Shown here: piece by piece, positions 20,843 to 31,001 of the stretch
Layout of the letters: every line of letters starts with the position of its first letter
Numbering within the stretch: position 1 is the stretch's first letter
Assembly (NCBI GenBank): GCA_963778665.1
Contig: CAVZVG010000005.1
Coordinates: 205,805-269,804, forward strand
Reading direction: 5' to 3'
From: an uncultured Gammaproteobacteria bacterium
Lineage (GTDB): Bacteria > Pseudomonadota > Gammaproteobacteria > JBBQDK01
DNA length: 64,000 nucleotides
Notes under the pieces: model-generated
The model's database searches: none
The model's input: the letters and a program-made list of their open reading frames with translations, nothing else
Told to the model about the DNA's origin: nothing
Position numbers and translations under genes: made by a program

Positions 20843-21997
20843 CTAAAACCATATCGACAGATACACCTGCACGACATCGGCCGAGAATCCATACAGCGGT
20901 TCCTGACCCGGCGTGCCGCCTTGCGTGACATCGCGGAAATCCCGATAGGAAAACAGCATGTGGTTGTAGGCCATGTTCAAGGTGCTCTTGTTGATGGCCT
21001 TCCATCCAGGGCGCGTGAAGTCGTAACTCAAGCCCATGCCGAAACTCTGCGAACTGAAACTGCTGAGTTCCTTGTCGCGGGCCAGGTAGTTCTGCGCATC
21101 CAGGTACGGGAACAGATCGCTGTAGAAATCGGCCTTGCCCTGGGTGTAATACCGGTAACTGACATCGAGGATCCATTTGTCATGCAGCGGTTGTTTGTAG
21201 CCGATCTCCGCGGTGTGTGCCTTGACGCCCCAGGTGTCGGTATAGTAACGGTACTGTCCCTGCAGCCTGGCGCGATACGGCAGGTAATAGCGCGCGGTGA
21301 CAGCCAGGGCATTGCTGGTGTGGGTCTTGGGGTAGCGTTCCGGCTCGTAGCTGTAACCCTTGCCGCTGCTTGAATCGAGATAGCGCACCGATCGATACGG
21401 GTTATTGAGAAAGCCCTGATCGGTGACCAGTTCGTAACTCGTATCTATCAGCAGATCCTTGGTCAGCACCTGCGACAGTCCCAGCGTGTAGTTCTGGCGA
21501 TCGAGACTGGCGGAGAACGACGGCTGGCCGTTCTTGCCGACGGTGTCCCAACCCCGCGAGTAGCCCATCGATACCGTGGTCATATCGCCGAACAGGCTCT
21601 GGGTCAGGTCGAGGTTGGCGGTGTTGGCTTTGTAATCGCTTTCCGTACTGTTGGTGTAGCCCATGTTGAACGTGGTTTTGGCGTGCAGGTAGCCGAGACT
21701 GATATTTCCCTGGGTGCGCTGTTCGGAATAGGGGCTGGCGGTCGATACCACATCGATGGACGCACTGCTGACCGTGTCGACATAGTAGTTGCCGCTCACA
21801 TCGGCATTCTGCCCGATATGCTTCAGCACCAGCACCGATGGACCGCTGACGGTTACCCCGCCGCCGGAGTAGGAATGATACAAGGCATCGGCACGCTGAT
21901 CCGGCAGCACATCCGCGCCGGCCGGCAGGTGTTCGAGCAACAGACCGACGGCGATCAGCGGCCAGGTCGATTTAATTGCAGCCACAACCACCTCCAT
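20843..21997 (-). CDS. DUF3570-family outer-membrane beta-barrel protein
   Basis: C-terminal ..VQVYLSIWF (aromatic OMP terminus) and alternating beta-strand pattern. The Met at 21997 gives signal peptide MEVVVAAIKSTWPLIAVGLLLEHLPAGA; the ORF track allows an ATG at 22042. Partner of DUF4266, TlpA and ApbE. Confidence 0.6.
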   Translation of the reverse strand: MEVVVAAIKSTWPLIAVGLLLEHLPAGADVLPDQRADALYHSYSGGGVTVSGPSVLVLKHIGQNADVSGNYYVDTVSSASIDVVSTASPYSEQRTQGNISLGYLHAKTTFNMGYTNSTESDYKANTANLDLTQSLFGDMTTVSMGYSRGWDTVGKNGQPSFSASLDRQNYTLGLSQVLTKDLLIDTSYELVTDQGFLNNPYRSVRYLDSSSGKGYSYEPERYPKTHTSNALAVTARYYLPYRARLQGQYRYYTDTWGVKAHTAEIGYKQPLHDKWILDVSYRYYTQGKADFYSDLFPYLDAQNYLARDKELSSFSSQSFGMGLSYDFTRPGWKAINKSTLNMAYNHMLFSYRDFRDVTQGGTPGQEPLYGFSADVVQVYLSIWF

Positions 21998-22196
21998 GCC
22001 CGCCGTCGGCGCCGCGCGCGCCTTCACGCGCTTCGTGCACATGATTGAGATAAGCGGTCGACACCGGATTCGGGTCGGCGCTCATGATCGGGTCCGCCAG
22101 GTGGGCGCGCTCATATGGCTTGACCCACGGCTGGATATTGCCGCAGGCCGTGAGCATCAGGCCGAGCAATATCACCAAATGTGTTCGCAATGGCAT
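21972..22196 (-). CDS. DUF4266-family small lipoprotein
   Basis: MPLRTHLVILLGLMLTAC lipobox; ..PWVKPYERAHLADPIMS..; C-terminal GGGCGCN is typical of DUF4266. ATG sits 3 nt after the tlpA stop. Confidence 0.65.
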   Translation of the reverse strand: MPLRTHLVILLGLMLTACGNIQPWVKPYERAHLADPIMSADPNPVSTAYLNHVHEAREGARGADGGHGGGCGCN

Positions 22197-22198
22197 GA

Positions 22199-22705
22199 TC
22201 ACTCCCGCAACAGTTCGCTGACCTGCTGTTGATAGGTCTGCTCATAACCCGGCATATAACCCTGATGCAGATAGCGCACCTTGCCGTTGCGATCCACCAG
22301 CACGGTACTGGGCATGGCTTCGAGATTGTAGAGTTTGCTGACGACGCTCTGCGGATCGAACAGCACCGGAAAATGCACCGGATGCTCTTTCAGCAATGCC
22401 TGCGCCGCAGTCGTATCCTGCTCGACGTTGACACCGAGAATGGTGAAGCCGAGCTTCTGATAGCGCTGATAAAGCTCATCGAGCAACGGCATCTCCTGAC
22501 GACAAGGCCCGCACCAGGAGGCCCAGAAGTTGACCAGCACCACCTGACCGCGCAACTCGCTGAGCTTGAGATTCTCGCCACTCAGGCTCTTGAGTGTGAA
22601 ATCGGGTGCCGGTGGCGACGGCACAGAAGCCATCGCGCTGCTTACACACGCGGCCAGCAACACTGCACGCAAGGTGCGCGGAAGGAATCGAAAGCGTCTA
22701 TTCAT
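22199..22705 (-). CDS. TlpA-family periplasmic thiol:disulfide oxidoreductase
   Basis: WASWCGPC active site, signal peptide MNRRFRFLPRTLRAVLLAACVSSAMA, GGAG RBS. Confidence 0.8.
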   Translation of the reverse strand: MNRRFRFLPRTLRAVLLAACVSSAMASVPSPPAPDFTLKSLSGENLKLSELRGQVVLVNFWASWCGPCRQEMPLLDELYQRYQKLGFTILGVNVEQDTTAAQALLKEHPVHFPVLFDPQSVVSKLYNLEAMPSTVLVDRNGKVRYLHQGYMPGYEQTYQQQVSELLRE

Positions 22706-22754
22706 AATATTCTCCACATAGAGCACATGACAAAATGGATCTTGCGCTGCACTA

Positions 22755-22780
22755 TCACCCCCTCTCCCGGAGGGAGAGGG
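22755..22780. repeat. Family B GC-rich hairpin repeat (CCCTCTCCC-GGA-GGGAGAGGG)
   Basis: Same core as at 32635-32754 and 38570-38608. Lies in the tlpA / OMP-gene intergenic space. Confidence 0.55.
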
Positions 22781-22818
22781 AACTTACATTTTGAGCGACA
22801 TCCAAACGAGACCTACAC

Positions 22819-23478
22819 TCAGAAAAACACCGTCATGCCGCCGGTGAATTCCAGATTGTGCGTGGTCTTGCTGGTGCCGAGCAGATCGCTGCTGAAGACG
22901 TGATCGCGTACGTCCGCGTGCAAGGCCAGCCAGTCCGTGGCGAGCAGGCGGTAACCGGTGCCGAAGTTCACCGTGAAGCGGCTGTCGTTGGCGAATTTGG
23001 TGCTGCCGACACCGGCGATCACGTAGAGTGCCGAATTGAAGGCGTGCTTGCTGCCGATGAAGGCCTCGCCCGGCAGCAGGTTGTACCCCAGGGAGATGTT
23101 GTAATAGCTGTAGACACGTTCGGCATCGGTAAGCACACGGGCCGATCCGCTGAGCGTTTCGTAACTGGTCTTGCCGACGGTGCTGCGGCCGTAGGCGCCT
23201 TCGGCGAAGAAGTCCTCGGTGATGTGATAGGCACCGCGCAGGCCGTAGACCGGGTTCGAGCCGAAGTCTTCGACGCTGAGCACGCCGGCATAGGCACCCA
23301 GCTCGAAGTCGGCACTGTCGATATGCGGCGTCGTGATCGTACGCCGCGAAATACCGGGGTCGATGATCGGCTCATCCTGATCATCCGCGGCGAATGTCGC
23401 CGCGCTGCCGAGCGTCACGCAGGCCAGCAGCGCCGCGCCGAATCGCTTCAGAAAAATACCGTGCAGCCAATTTTCCAT
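22819..23478 (-). CDS. Outer-membrane beta-barrel protein (OmpA-like 8-strand barrel family)
   Basis: Signal peptide MENWLHGIFLKRFGAALLACVTLGSAATFA; C-terminal ..EFTGGMTVFF. Overlaps the upstream gene's stop by 31 nt. Confidence 0.6.
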   Translation of the reverse strand: MENWLHGIFLKRFGAALLACVTLGSAATFAADDQDEPIIDPGISRRTITTPHIDSADFELGAYAGVLSVEDFGSNPVYGLRGAYHITEDFFAEGAYGRSTVGKTSYETLSGSARVLTDAERVYSYYNISLGYNLLPGEAFIGSKHAFNSALYVIAGVGSTKFANDSRFTVNFGTGYRLLATDWLALHADVRDHVFSSDLLGTSKTTHNLEFTGGMTVFF

Positions 23479-24185
23479 TCGTTGATCCCCTGATTGCTGT
23501 CTCTGTTTTGATAGACGACATAATTGTTGTACTCGGCGCGCAGCAACAGGCGGCGCGCCAGATAGGTACGCACGCCGACACCGACGTGAGTGGTGCCGTC
23601 CGAGCGGTTCTGACTCTGTACCAGCGTGACCTGCGGGTCGGTTCGTATCACACCGCTGCCCAGCGCGAAGAACGGTGACACGCGCCATTCCGGGAACGGC
23701 TGCGCCACCAGGTTCACATTCAGCATCAGACTATCGGAATATGTCCCCAACACCTGCGACAGAGACAATTCCGTCGCCAGTGTCGGCGTGAAGGCATAAC
23801 CGCCGTAGGCAGTGATCACATGCGCGCCACCGAAACTGCCGCCCAGCACGCCCAGTTCCCAGCGCCGCCGGTTGTAGTCGTCACGGCTCGCATCCGCGAG
23901 GCGCAAGGGCTGACCGGCGGCAAGTTGCGTCTGCTCGATCTGCTTGCGTGTCACCCAACCCTGCTTGCCGCGTGCGGTGCGCACCTTGAACCAGTCGGTC
24001 TTGCGCAGCAGTATCTCTATCCATTCACCCCGCTCCGCCACATAGAAAATCGGATAGCCGCGTCCCGGTCCGGTATGCAGTTCGACATATGGTGCACGCA
24101 CCTCGACACGCAACGCTTCCTTGCCCTGCGCGAGCGGCACAACCAACCAGGCCAGCAACAGCCAGATGAGTACAGGCTTGCGCAC
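23448..24185 (-). CDS. SH3-domain plus outer-membrane beta-barrel fusion protein
   Basis: Bacterial SH3-like segment (ALRVEVRAPYVELHTGPGRGYPIFYVAERGEWIEILLRKTDWFKVRTARGKQGWV) then a barrel ending ..KIGCTVFF. A GTG start overlapping the upstream TAG (TAGTG) gives signal peptide MRKPVLIWLLLAWLVVPLAQG; the alternative ATG is at 24242. Confidence 0.6.
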   Translation of the reverse strand: MRKPVLIWLLLAWLVVPLAQGKEALRVEVRAPYVELHTGPGRGYPIFYVAERGEWIEILLRKTDWFKVRTARGKQGWVTRKQIEQTQLAAGQPLRLADASRDDYNRRRWELGVLGGSFGGAHVITAYGGYAFTPTLATELSLSQVLGTYSDSLMLNVNLVAQPFPEWRVSPFFALGSGVIRTDPQVTLVQSQNRSDGTTHVGVGVRTYLARRLLLRAEYNNYVVYQNRDSNQGINEWKIGCTVFF

Positions 24186-26818
24186 TAGTTGAGCGGCGCC
24201 GCAAACGGGTCGTTGTAATACTGCGCGCCGATGTCCAGCCATTCGGATATCAGGCGCAGTTCCGCCGGATTCAGCCAGCCCGCGTGCGTGCCGCCGCTGG
24301 CGAACTCGGCGAAGAAGCGACTCGAAGCGCGCGCCCCCGCCGTCGACATCGCAGGCGTCACCGGCACGGTGACCATGATCGGGATCGGCTGGTTGTTCAC
24401 ATCCAGCACCTGGTTGCCATTGGCATCGAGCAGGAACAGTGGATTGCCGTTGGCATCGGTGGCCTGGACCAGTTGATCCTGTAGCACGCCACCGACAAGT
24501 TCCTGCGCGTTGTCGGCGGCCAGCAACTCCTGGTAGGACTTCAGACGATCCGCCTGTTGGTCGGACTGACCGTCACTGAGATCAAGCTGCGCGGCGGGTA
24601 CCTGCGCCGCGCCGTTCAAATCCACATTGTTGTGACAATTGGTGCAGGTGTGATTGGCGATTTCCACCCCGTTGCCGTCCAGCACCGGACGAGGCGTACT
24701 CCAGAGCGGATGGATGTGCTGCGGATAATGTATGACGATGCGGCACAGGCTGTTCCACAGGATCTGGCAATTGGGCGTGGTCGGCGCGGGCGTGGTCAGG
24801 TCGCTATAGCGATAGCTGAAGTCGGCATCCTTGGCACGCAGCGCCGGATCGGTCCAGACATCGTCGAAGTTGATCTCGACGCTGGGCAGCAGTGCATTCG
24901 GTGTGAGGCGTGTGCGCGTCTCGGCCATGGTCTCGCCGTAATCGGCGAACATGGCAGGATCCGTGTCGGGGAAAGGCAGTCCGGTGGTGGGCGCGCCGGC
25001 ATTGATCGAGGTCGCGACGGCATCGGCCCGACCGTGCGCGGGCGGTGTCGCGGCACCGGTGTTGTGCTGATGGCAGCCGCTGCAGGTCTGCGTTTCGCCG
25101 GCACGCAGCTGCAGCCAGTTCGAGTGCCGCGCACCGATGCGCCGACCTTCGCTGTCGAGCACTTCGAGTTCGAAGGCGACATTGGCAGGCACTTCGATCT
25201 TCACCGAGCCGTCGGGTTCGATAGGCGCATAACCCAGTATCTCGCGCATCGACTGCTGACTGCTGGCGCCGAAGGCCGTGGCCTTGAAATCGCGCACCGT
25301 CTTATCCGGTATGCTGACGGCCTTCACCAGGCGCAGGAAACGCGCCGGACGCTGCGCCGCCGTGGTCTTGGCGGGATCGGCAAGATCGGCGAGTGATGTG
25401 ATGTTGGCGGCAGACGTGCAGTCACTGAGGAAGCAACCATTGAACGTGCCGGTGCCGAAATCGTAGACACTGCGGATATCCAGCACGCCGACGTTGTCCG
25501 CTATCAGACCCGCGTCGAGACCATTGCCGGCGATGCCGTCATACAACAGCGTCGGTCGCGGGCGCGGTTGCGCGACGATCACATCGGTATAGATCACGCC
25601 TTCCTGCGGCGCGACCACCGGCAGTTGCGTATCGCCGGCACGGTTATAAATGAAGATGCCATACAGTGGCGGCGCTTCCTGGACGTTTTGCGCGGCGAGA
25701 CCTTGCGCGGTGCAGGGCACGATATTGCCGTTTTCGATCAGACGACAGGCACTCCAGCTGACCAGCATGCGATCGGAGCCATCCCAGAGCGGATCGGCGG
25801 CACTGTATCGTCCGCCGGGCGAGGGACCGACGGCGGTCTGCACCGCATTGACTATCGCGCGGGTCTGCGCGGGCCCTGTCAGCACGTTCCGGCTCGTCCA
25901 GACCGGTCTATCGTTGTCGACATAGTCGGTCGTATCGATGAGCGTCAGATCGCCGCCCTGGTCGGTGCCGGTGAAGGGACGCGTGATCGTCAACAGGCGA
26001 CCGTCGGGATAAAGCCGCGGACGCAGGAACTGCACCGTATCGCCGGCACTGCCGGTGGCATGGCTGTGAGCGCCGTACAGCACCTGCATGTCCGTGCCAT
26101 CCGGGCGCACAGTATAGAGATTCATGGCATTGCTGGTGCCCATGTGATCCCAGCGGCTGAACAGCACCCGACCGTCACTGAGCAGCGTGGGATCGAGATC
26201 ATTGCTCTGGTTGAACGTGATCTGATGCATGTCGCTGCCGTCGCCGTTCATGACATGCAGTACCAGCGCCGCTTGCTGACGGTTTTCGTTCAGGGCGGCG
26301 AACTGCGGCTTGCCTTCATCGAGCAGTACGGCGCGTGACTGCCGTTGGCGCGTGGATGAAAAAACGATACGCCCATCGGCGAGGTAATGCGGCGCGACAT
26401 CATCGCCTTCTTTGGCGATGATGTCGGAGCTGATCAGACGGTGCAGTTGCCGGCTGACAGTATCGTACTCCCAGATATTCCATTTGGTCTGATCGGCGGG
26501 AGTCGCGCCGGTTATTTCCGGTTCGTGCAGCGCGAACAGCAGCGTCTTGCCGTCGTACGAGGCAGTGACATCCTTCACATCGCCAAGTCCTTGCGTCACG
26601 GTCGCGGTGACATTGCGCTCCGCCGCGCTGGGTGACGCGTAATCGCGATAATACAGATCGCCGCCGGGCGACATGGCCAGGGGATCGCGCGCATCTTCCT
26701 GTTGATCTGCTATCAAAGGACGCTTCACATAGGCAATGCCGACATCGGCGACGATCGGATCGGGCGCCTGACTGCCGCCACCGCAGCCGGTGAGATGCAA
26801 CAACAGACACGCCAACAT
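24185..26818 (-). CDS. Lipoprotein with a TolB/WD40-like beta-propeller region and two c-type haem-binding motifs
   Basis: Lipobox MLACLLLHLTGC. PD40-like repeats (..GRIVFSSTRQRQSRA.., ..GRVLFSRWDHMG..). CSGCHQHN and CTNCHNNV CxxCH motifs. 877 aa. Confidence 0.65.
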   Translation of the reverse strand: MLACLLLHLTGCGGGSQAPDPIVADVGIAYVKRPLIADQQEDARDPLAMSPGGDLYYRDYASPSAAERNVTATVTQGLGDVKDVTASYDGKTLLFALHEPEITGATPADQTKWNIWEYDTVSRQLHRLISSDIIAKEGDDVAPHYLADGRIVFSSTRQRQSRAVLLDEGKPQFAALNENRQQAALVLHVMNGDGSDMHQITFNQSNDLDPTLLSDGRVLFSRWDHMGTSNAMNLYTVRPDGTDMQVLYGAHSHATGSAGDTVQFLRPRLYPDGRLLTITRPFTGTDQGGDLTLIDTTDYVDNDRPVWTSRNVLTGPAQTRAIVNAVQTAVGPSPGGRYSAADPLWDGSDRMLVSWSACRLIENGNIVPCTAQGLAAQNVQEAPPLYGIFIYNRAGDTQLPVVAPQEGVIYTDVIVAQPRPRPTLLYDGIAGNGLDAGLIADNVGVLDIRSVYDFGTGTFNGCFLSDCTSAANITSLADLADPAKTTAAQRPARFLRLVKAVSIPDKTVRDFKATAFGASSQQSMREILGYAPIEPDGSVKIEVPANVAFELEVLDSEGRRIGARHSNWLQLRAGETQTCSGCHQHNTGAATPPAHGRADAVATSINAGAPTTGLPFPDTDPAMFADYGETMAETRTRLTPNALLPSVEINFDDVWTDPALRAKDADFSYRYSDLTTPAPTTPNCQILWNSLCRIVIHYPQHIHPLWSTPRPVLDGNGVEIANHTCTNCHNNVDLNGAAQVPAAQLDLSDGQSDQQADRLKSYQELLAADNAQELVGGVLQDQLVQATDANGNPLFLLDANGNQVLDVNNQPIPIMVTVPVTPAMSTAGARASSRFFAEFASGGTHAGWLNPAELRLISEWLDIGAQYYNDPFAAPLN

Positions 26819-27159
26819 GCCGCGCAGAACGTGGCAGGGCGTGGTCGATCCGTTGGCAGTGACATTCAGAATACGCACCTACACACATCCATCCATTGTC
26901 TGTCGCTGGGATTGCATTATCGTTTGACAGTGATTTCACGATCTGACGACGTGATCACAAAAATGTCAGGAAAAGTTTGCAGAATGGTCACCACAGAGTC
27001 GGGCAACATGCAGGGACGGAAAAGATGCCGGTTATCGGGGACAGCATTGATGATGACACACCGATCTGTGCAGGACGCGCAACAACACTCTATGCGATGT
27101 CCGGATCGACAGACCGCAACCGGCACTCAAACGACAGGCAACAGAAGGGGAAACAGCCA

Positions 27160-28377
27160 ATGACGGTCAGCGTGAAACATCGCGATTCAACGCGGTTGCG
27201 TCTGGTGATCCGGGCTTTGCTCGCAGGCTGCCTGCTTCTCGGCGTCACCGACGCGGCCATGGCCGGCGCCCGCGAACAGGCCAAGCGTCTGCATGACCGG
27301 CTCACCGGCGTACCGCCGAGCGCCACGGTATTGGATACGATGCAGGCGGACATCAGCGGTGGCGATCCATTATCGGCCGCCTATCTGGCCATGGACAACA
27401 GTGCCTTTTACAACGTGACGCTGAAGGACTTCGTCACGCCCTGGACCAATCGCGATCAGACCGTGTTCGCGCCGCTCAACGACTACACCGCCACCGTGAT
27501 CGGCATGGTGCGCGACGATGTGGACTTCAGGAAAGTGCTGTACGACGACATCCTCTATGTCGGCGCGGGCAACCTCGGCCTGCCGGCCTATGCCATGACC
27601 AACAACGATCTTTATGACGCCATGGAAACACAGGGCATCGATCTCAAAACCAATCTGGTCGCCACCACGCAATCGGCCAAGACCGATCTGCCGGCGGCTG
27701 CCACCGCCGGCATCATGACCACGCGCGCCGCCGCACAGGCCTTCTTCATTGCCGGCACCAACCGCGCCATGCTGCGCTTCACTTTCATCAATTACCTCTG
27801 CACCGATCTGGAACAGTTGAAGGACATAACCCGTTCGCCGGACCGCATCCGTCAGGATGTTTCGCGCAGTCCGGGCGGCGACAGCCGGATCTTTCTCAAC
27901 TCCTGCGTCGGTTGCCATGCCGGCATGGACCCGATGGCGCAGGCCTATGCCTATTACAACTACGACGCCCCCAGCGCACGACTGGTCTACAACGGCGTAT
28001 CGGCCATCGACCCCAGCACCGGCACGCGCGTGCAGGCCAAGTACCATATCAACTCGGATAATTTCAAATACGGCTACGTGACGCCCGACGATCGCTGGGA
28101 CAACTACTGGCGCAGCGGCCCCGACGCCCTGCTCGGCTGGGACAGCACGCTGCCCGGCGGCGGCAATGGCGCGAAATCCCTGGGGCAGGAATTGGCGAAC
28201 ACCGAGGCCTTCGCGCAATGCCAGGTCAAGAAGGTCTTCAAGACCGTCTGCCTGCGACCGCCGGGCAACGCGGCCGATCGCAATCAGATCGACACCATGG
28301 TCACCTCGTTCAAATCGAACGGCTATCACTTGAAACGCACGTTCGCCGAGGCGGCCGTGTATTGCATGGGTGATTGA
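27160..28377 (+). CDS. Secreted mono-haem cytochrome c-type protein of unknown family; possibly a planctomycete-type PSCyt-like domain
   Basis: Signal peptide MTVSVKHRDSTRLRLVIRALLAGCLLLGVTDAAMA; single CVGCH motif; 406 aa. RBS AAGGGG. Divergent from the beta-propeller gene. Confidence 0.6.
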   Translation: MTVSVKHRDSTRLRLVIRALLAGCLLLGVTDAAMAGAREQAKRLHDRLTGVPPSATVLDTMQADISGGDPLSAAYLAMDNSAFYNVTLKDFVTPWTNRDQTVFAPLNDYTATVIGMVRDDVDFRKVLYDDILYVGAGNLGLPAYAMTNNDLYDAMETQGIDLKTNLVATTQSAKTDLPAAATAGIMTTRAAAQAFFIAGTNRAMLRFTFINYLCTDLEQLKDITRSPDRIRQDVSRSPGGDSRIFLNSCVGCHAGMDPMAQAYAYYNYDAPSARLVYNGVSAIDPSTGTRVQAKYHINSDNFKYGYVTPDDRWDNYWRSGPDALLGWDSTLPGGGNGAKSLGQELANTEAFAQCQVKKVFKTVCLRPPGNAADRNQIDTMVTSFKSNGYHLKRTFAEAAVYCMGD

Positions 28378-28433
28378 GTGTCATTGCCAAGACATGGACA
28401 CACGGCGTCCGCTACAGACTGTGGAGAGGCATC

Positions 28434-30928
28434 ATGAACGACACGCGCAAGTCGGTTGTTGCTATGCATAACATGTCGCCTCATCGCGGTACGGCCTGGA
28501 CATACTTGCTGGCGGCACTTGTGCTGCTCGGCCTGTCGGGTTGCGGTGGCGGCAGCACCACGCAGAACCCCAACACCAGCGGCCCGCAGGCGCTGGACTA
28601 TACGGGGCCGGCGGCAAGCACGGCCGATGTGCAGGCCTTCAAACTCAATGTCTGGGACAATCTGCGCGCGACCAACCGCTGCGGCGCCTGTCACGGTGCC
28701 GGCGGCCAGGCACCCAACTTCGTGCGTCAGGACGATGTCAATCTGGCCTATGCCGCGGCGAACCCGCTGGTCGATCTGAGCTCGCCGGCCGATTCGCGCA
28801 TGGTGGTCAAGGTATCCGGCGGTCACAACTGCTGGCTGGCGAGTTCCGCGGCGTGCGGCGCGGTGCTCACCGCCTACATCAGCGCCTGGGCCGGTGGTTC
28901 GGTCGGCGGTCCTGCCCAGCAGATTCAACTGGTGGCGCCACCGATCAAGGATGCCGGCGCCAGCAAATCCTTCCCGGCCGATCCCAGCCTGTTCGCCAGC
29001 ACGGTGCATCCTCTGCTCATGGCACATTGCGCCGGCTGTCACACCGATACCTCGGCGACACCGCAGGCGCCGTTCTTCGCGGTCAGCGATGCCGCGAGCG
29101 CGTATGACGCCGTGACATCCAGTCACAAGATCGATCTGGACACACCGGCCAATTCACGGCTGGTCGTGCGTCTGCGCGACGAGTTTCACAACTGCTGGAG
29201 CGATTGCCAGAGCAATGCCGACGAGATGCTCGCCGCGATCACCAGCTTTGCCAACGGCGTACCGGTCACCGCGGTCGATCCGTCGCTGGTGATCAGCAAG
29301 GCCCTGAAGCTGACCGACGGCATCATCGCCAGCGGCGGCAGCCGCAACGTCGCCAATGTCATCGCGCTGTACGAATTCAAGACCGGCACGGGCAGCACCG
29401 CCTACGACACCAGCGGCGTGGAACCGGCACTGAATCTGACATTGTGCGGCGACGTCGGCTGGGTGAACGGCTGGGGCATCGATATCCGCAACGGCAAGGC
29501 ACAGGGCACGACCGCGGCGAGCAGCAAGCTCAGCAAACTGATCAAGGCCACCGGCGAATACACGATCGAAGCCTGGGTGGTGCCGGCCAATGTCACGCAG
29601 GAAGGACCGGCGCGCATCATCAGCTATTCGGGCGGCACCACGACGCGTAACTTCACGCTCGGACAGACGCTCTACAACTACGATTTTCTGCAACGCAGCA
29701 GCAACTCCGACGGCAACGGCGAACCGGCTTTGTCGACCGCCGATGCCGCGGAACGCCTGCAGGCCACGCAGCAGCATGTGGTCGTGACCTATACCCGACG
29801 CAAGGCCGGCGCATCTACGTCAATGGCGTGGATACCGGCGATCAGGATCCGCTGGCCGGCGGCAGCCTGGCGGACTGGGACGACAGTTTCGCCTTCGTGC
29901 TCGGCAACGAAGTCTCCGGCGACCGTCTCTGGCAAGGCAAGCTGCGCATGGTGGCGATTCACAACCGCGCCCTGACGCCGGAGCAGATCCTGCAGAATTA
30001 CAAGGCCGGCGTCGGCGAGAAATACTATCTGCTGTTCGATGTCAGCGCGCTGGTAAACCTGCCGCAGAGCTACATCATGTTCGAGGTCAGTCAATTCGAC
30101 AACTACAGCTATCTGTTCCTCAAGCCGACCTTCATCAGTCTCGATCCCAGCGTCACGCCCGGCAACATCCCGCTGCGCGGCCTGCGTATCGGCATCAACG
30201 GCAAACTGGCCAAGGTCGGCCAGAGCTACAGCGAGCTCGATACCGCAATCACCGCCGCACAATACAGCAGCAGCGGGCAGCTGTTGTCGGACCTCGGCGC
30301 GGTGATCGCCAGCGAGAAAGGCGCCGATGCGGACGAGTTCTTCCTGGACTTCGAGTCACTCAACGGTCACGACAACGTCATCACGGAACCCGCGCCGCTG
30401 CAACCGCCGCCGCCTGCCGACAGCGCGCCGGTCGCCGACATCGGTGTGCGCACCTTCGACGCGATCAACGCGACCATGGCGGCACTGACCGGCGTCAGCC
30501 CGAACGAAAGCAACGTGAAGACCACCTTCGACACCATCAAGCAGCAACTGCCCACAGTGACGAACATCGAAGGCTTCGTGTCCGCGCATCAGGTCGCGGT
30601 CGCCCAGCTGGCCATCGAGTATTGCAACGCGCTCGGCGATGACACCACGTTGCGCGCCGCTTACTTCCCGTCACTGGACTTCAGCGCGAGTGCCGCCAGC
30701 GCGTTTGCCGACAGCACCGGTCGCAACCTGCTCATCGATCCCCTGCTGAGCCGGATGCTGGGCAGCAACATCGCCACGCAACCCGACAGCACGGCGGTGC
30801 GTACCGAACTCGACAACCTGATCGTGAAACTCACGCCGTGCACCGGGTCGTGCGGTACTCGTACAGTCACGATCACCAAGGCGGCCTGCGCGGCGACCCT
30901 GGGCAGCGCCGCGATGCTGGTGCAATGA
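28434..30928 (+). CDS. Lipoprotein with two CxxCH motifs, a LamG (concanavalin-like) domain and a C-terminal domain; apparent frameshift near 29810
   Basis: Lipobox LLGLSGC. CGACHGAGG and CAGCHTDTS. The LamG domain (..EAWVVPANVTQEGPARIISYSGG..YTRRKAG) continues in the next frame as RIYVNGVDTGDQDP..WQGKLRMVAIHNRALTPEQI. The shift lies in a GGCCGGCGC run. Combined product is about 830 aa. Confidence 0.6.
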
Positions 30929-30946
30929 GCACTGTTATATCCAATG

Positions 30947-30980
30947 TAGGTTGGGCTGAGCGCAGCGAAGCCCAACAACC
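30947..30980. repeat. Diverged REP-like palindrome GTAGGTTGGGCTGAGCGCAGCGAAGCCCAACAACC
   Basis: Inverted repeat GTTGGGCT/AGCCCAAC, 19 nt after the stop of the LamG lipoprotein gene; variant of family A. Confidence 0.5.
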
Positions 30981-31001
30981 GTGGCACACGAGGAAATACT
31001 T

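Noticed and set aside
23448-24242. ATG at 24242 as the start of the SH3-OMP gene, giving a 58-nt overlap with the upstream gene.
   Set aside because: An in-frame GTG at 24185 overlapping the upstream TAG (TAGTG) yields a cleaner signal peptide (MRKPVLIWLLLAWLVVPLAQG) and a typical coupled arrangement. The ATG alternative is kept as a note in the feature.
30981-31001. GTG at 30981 (ORF-track start) for the DUF1501-like gene.
   Set aside because: The ATG at 31002 has a GAGGAAA RBS at ideal spacing and gives a standard Tat signal peptide. The upstream codons overlap the REP-like palindrome.
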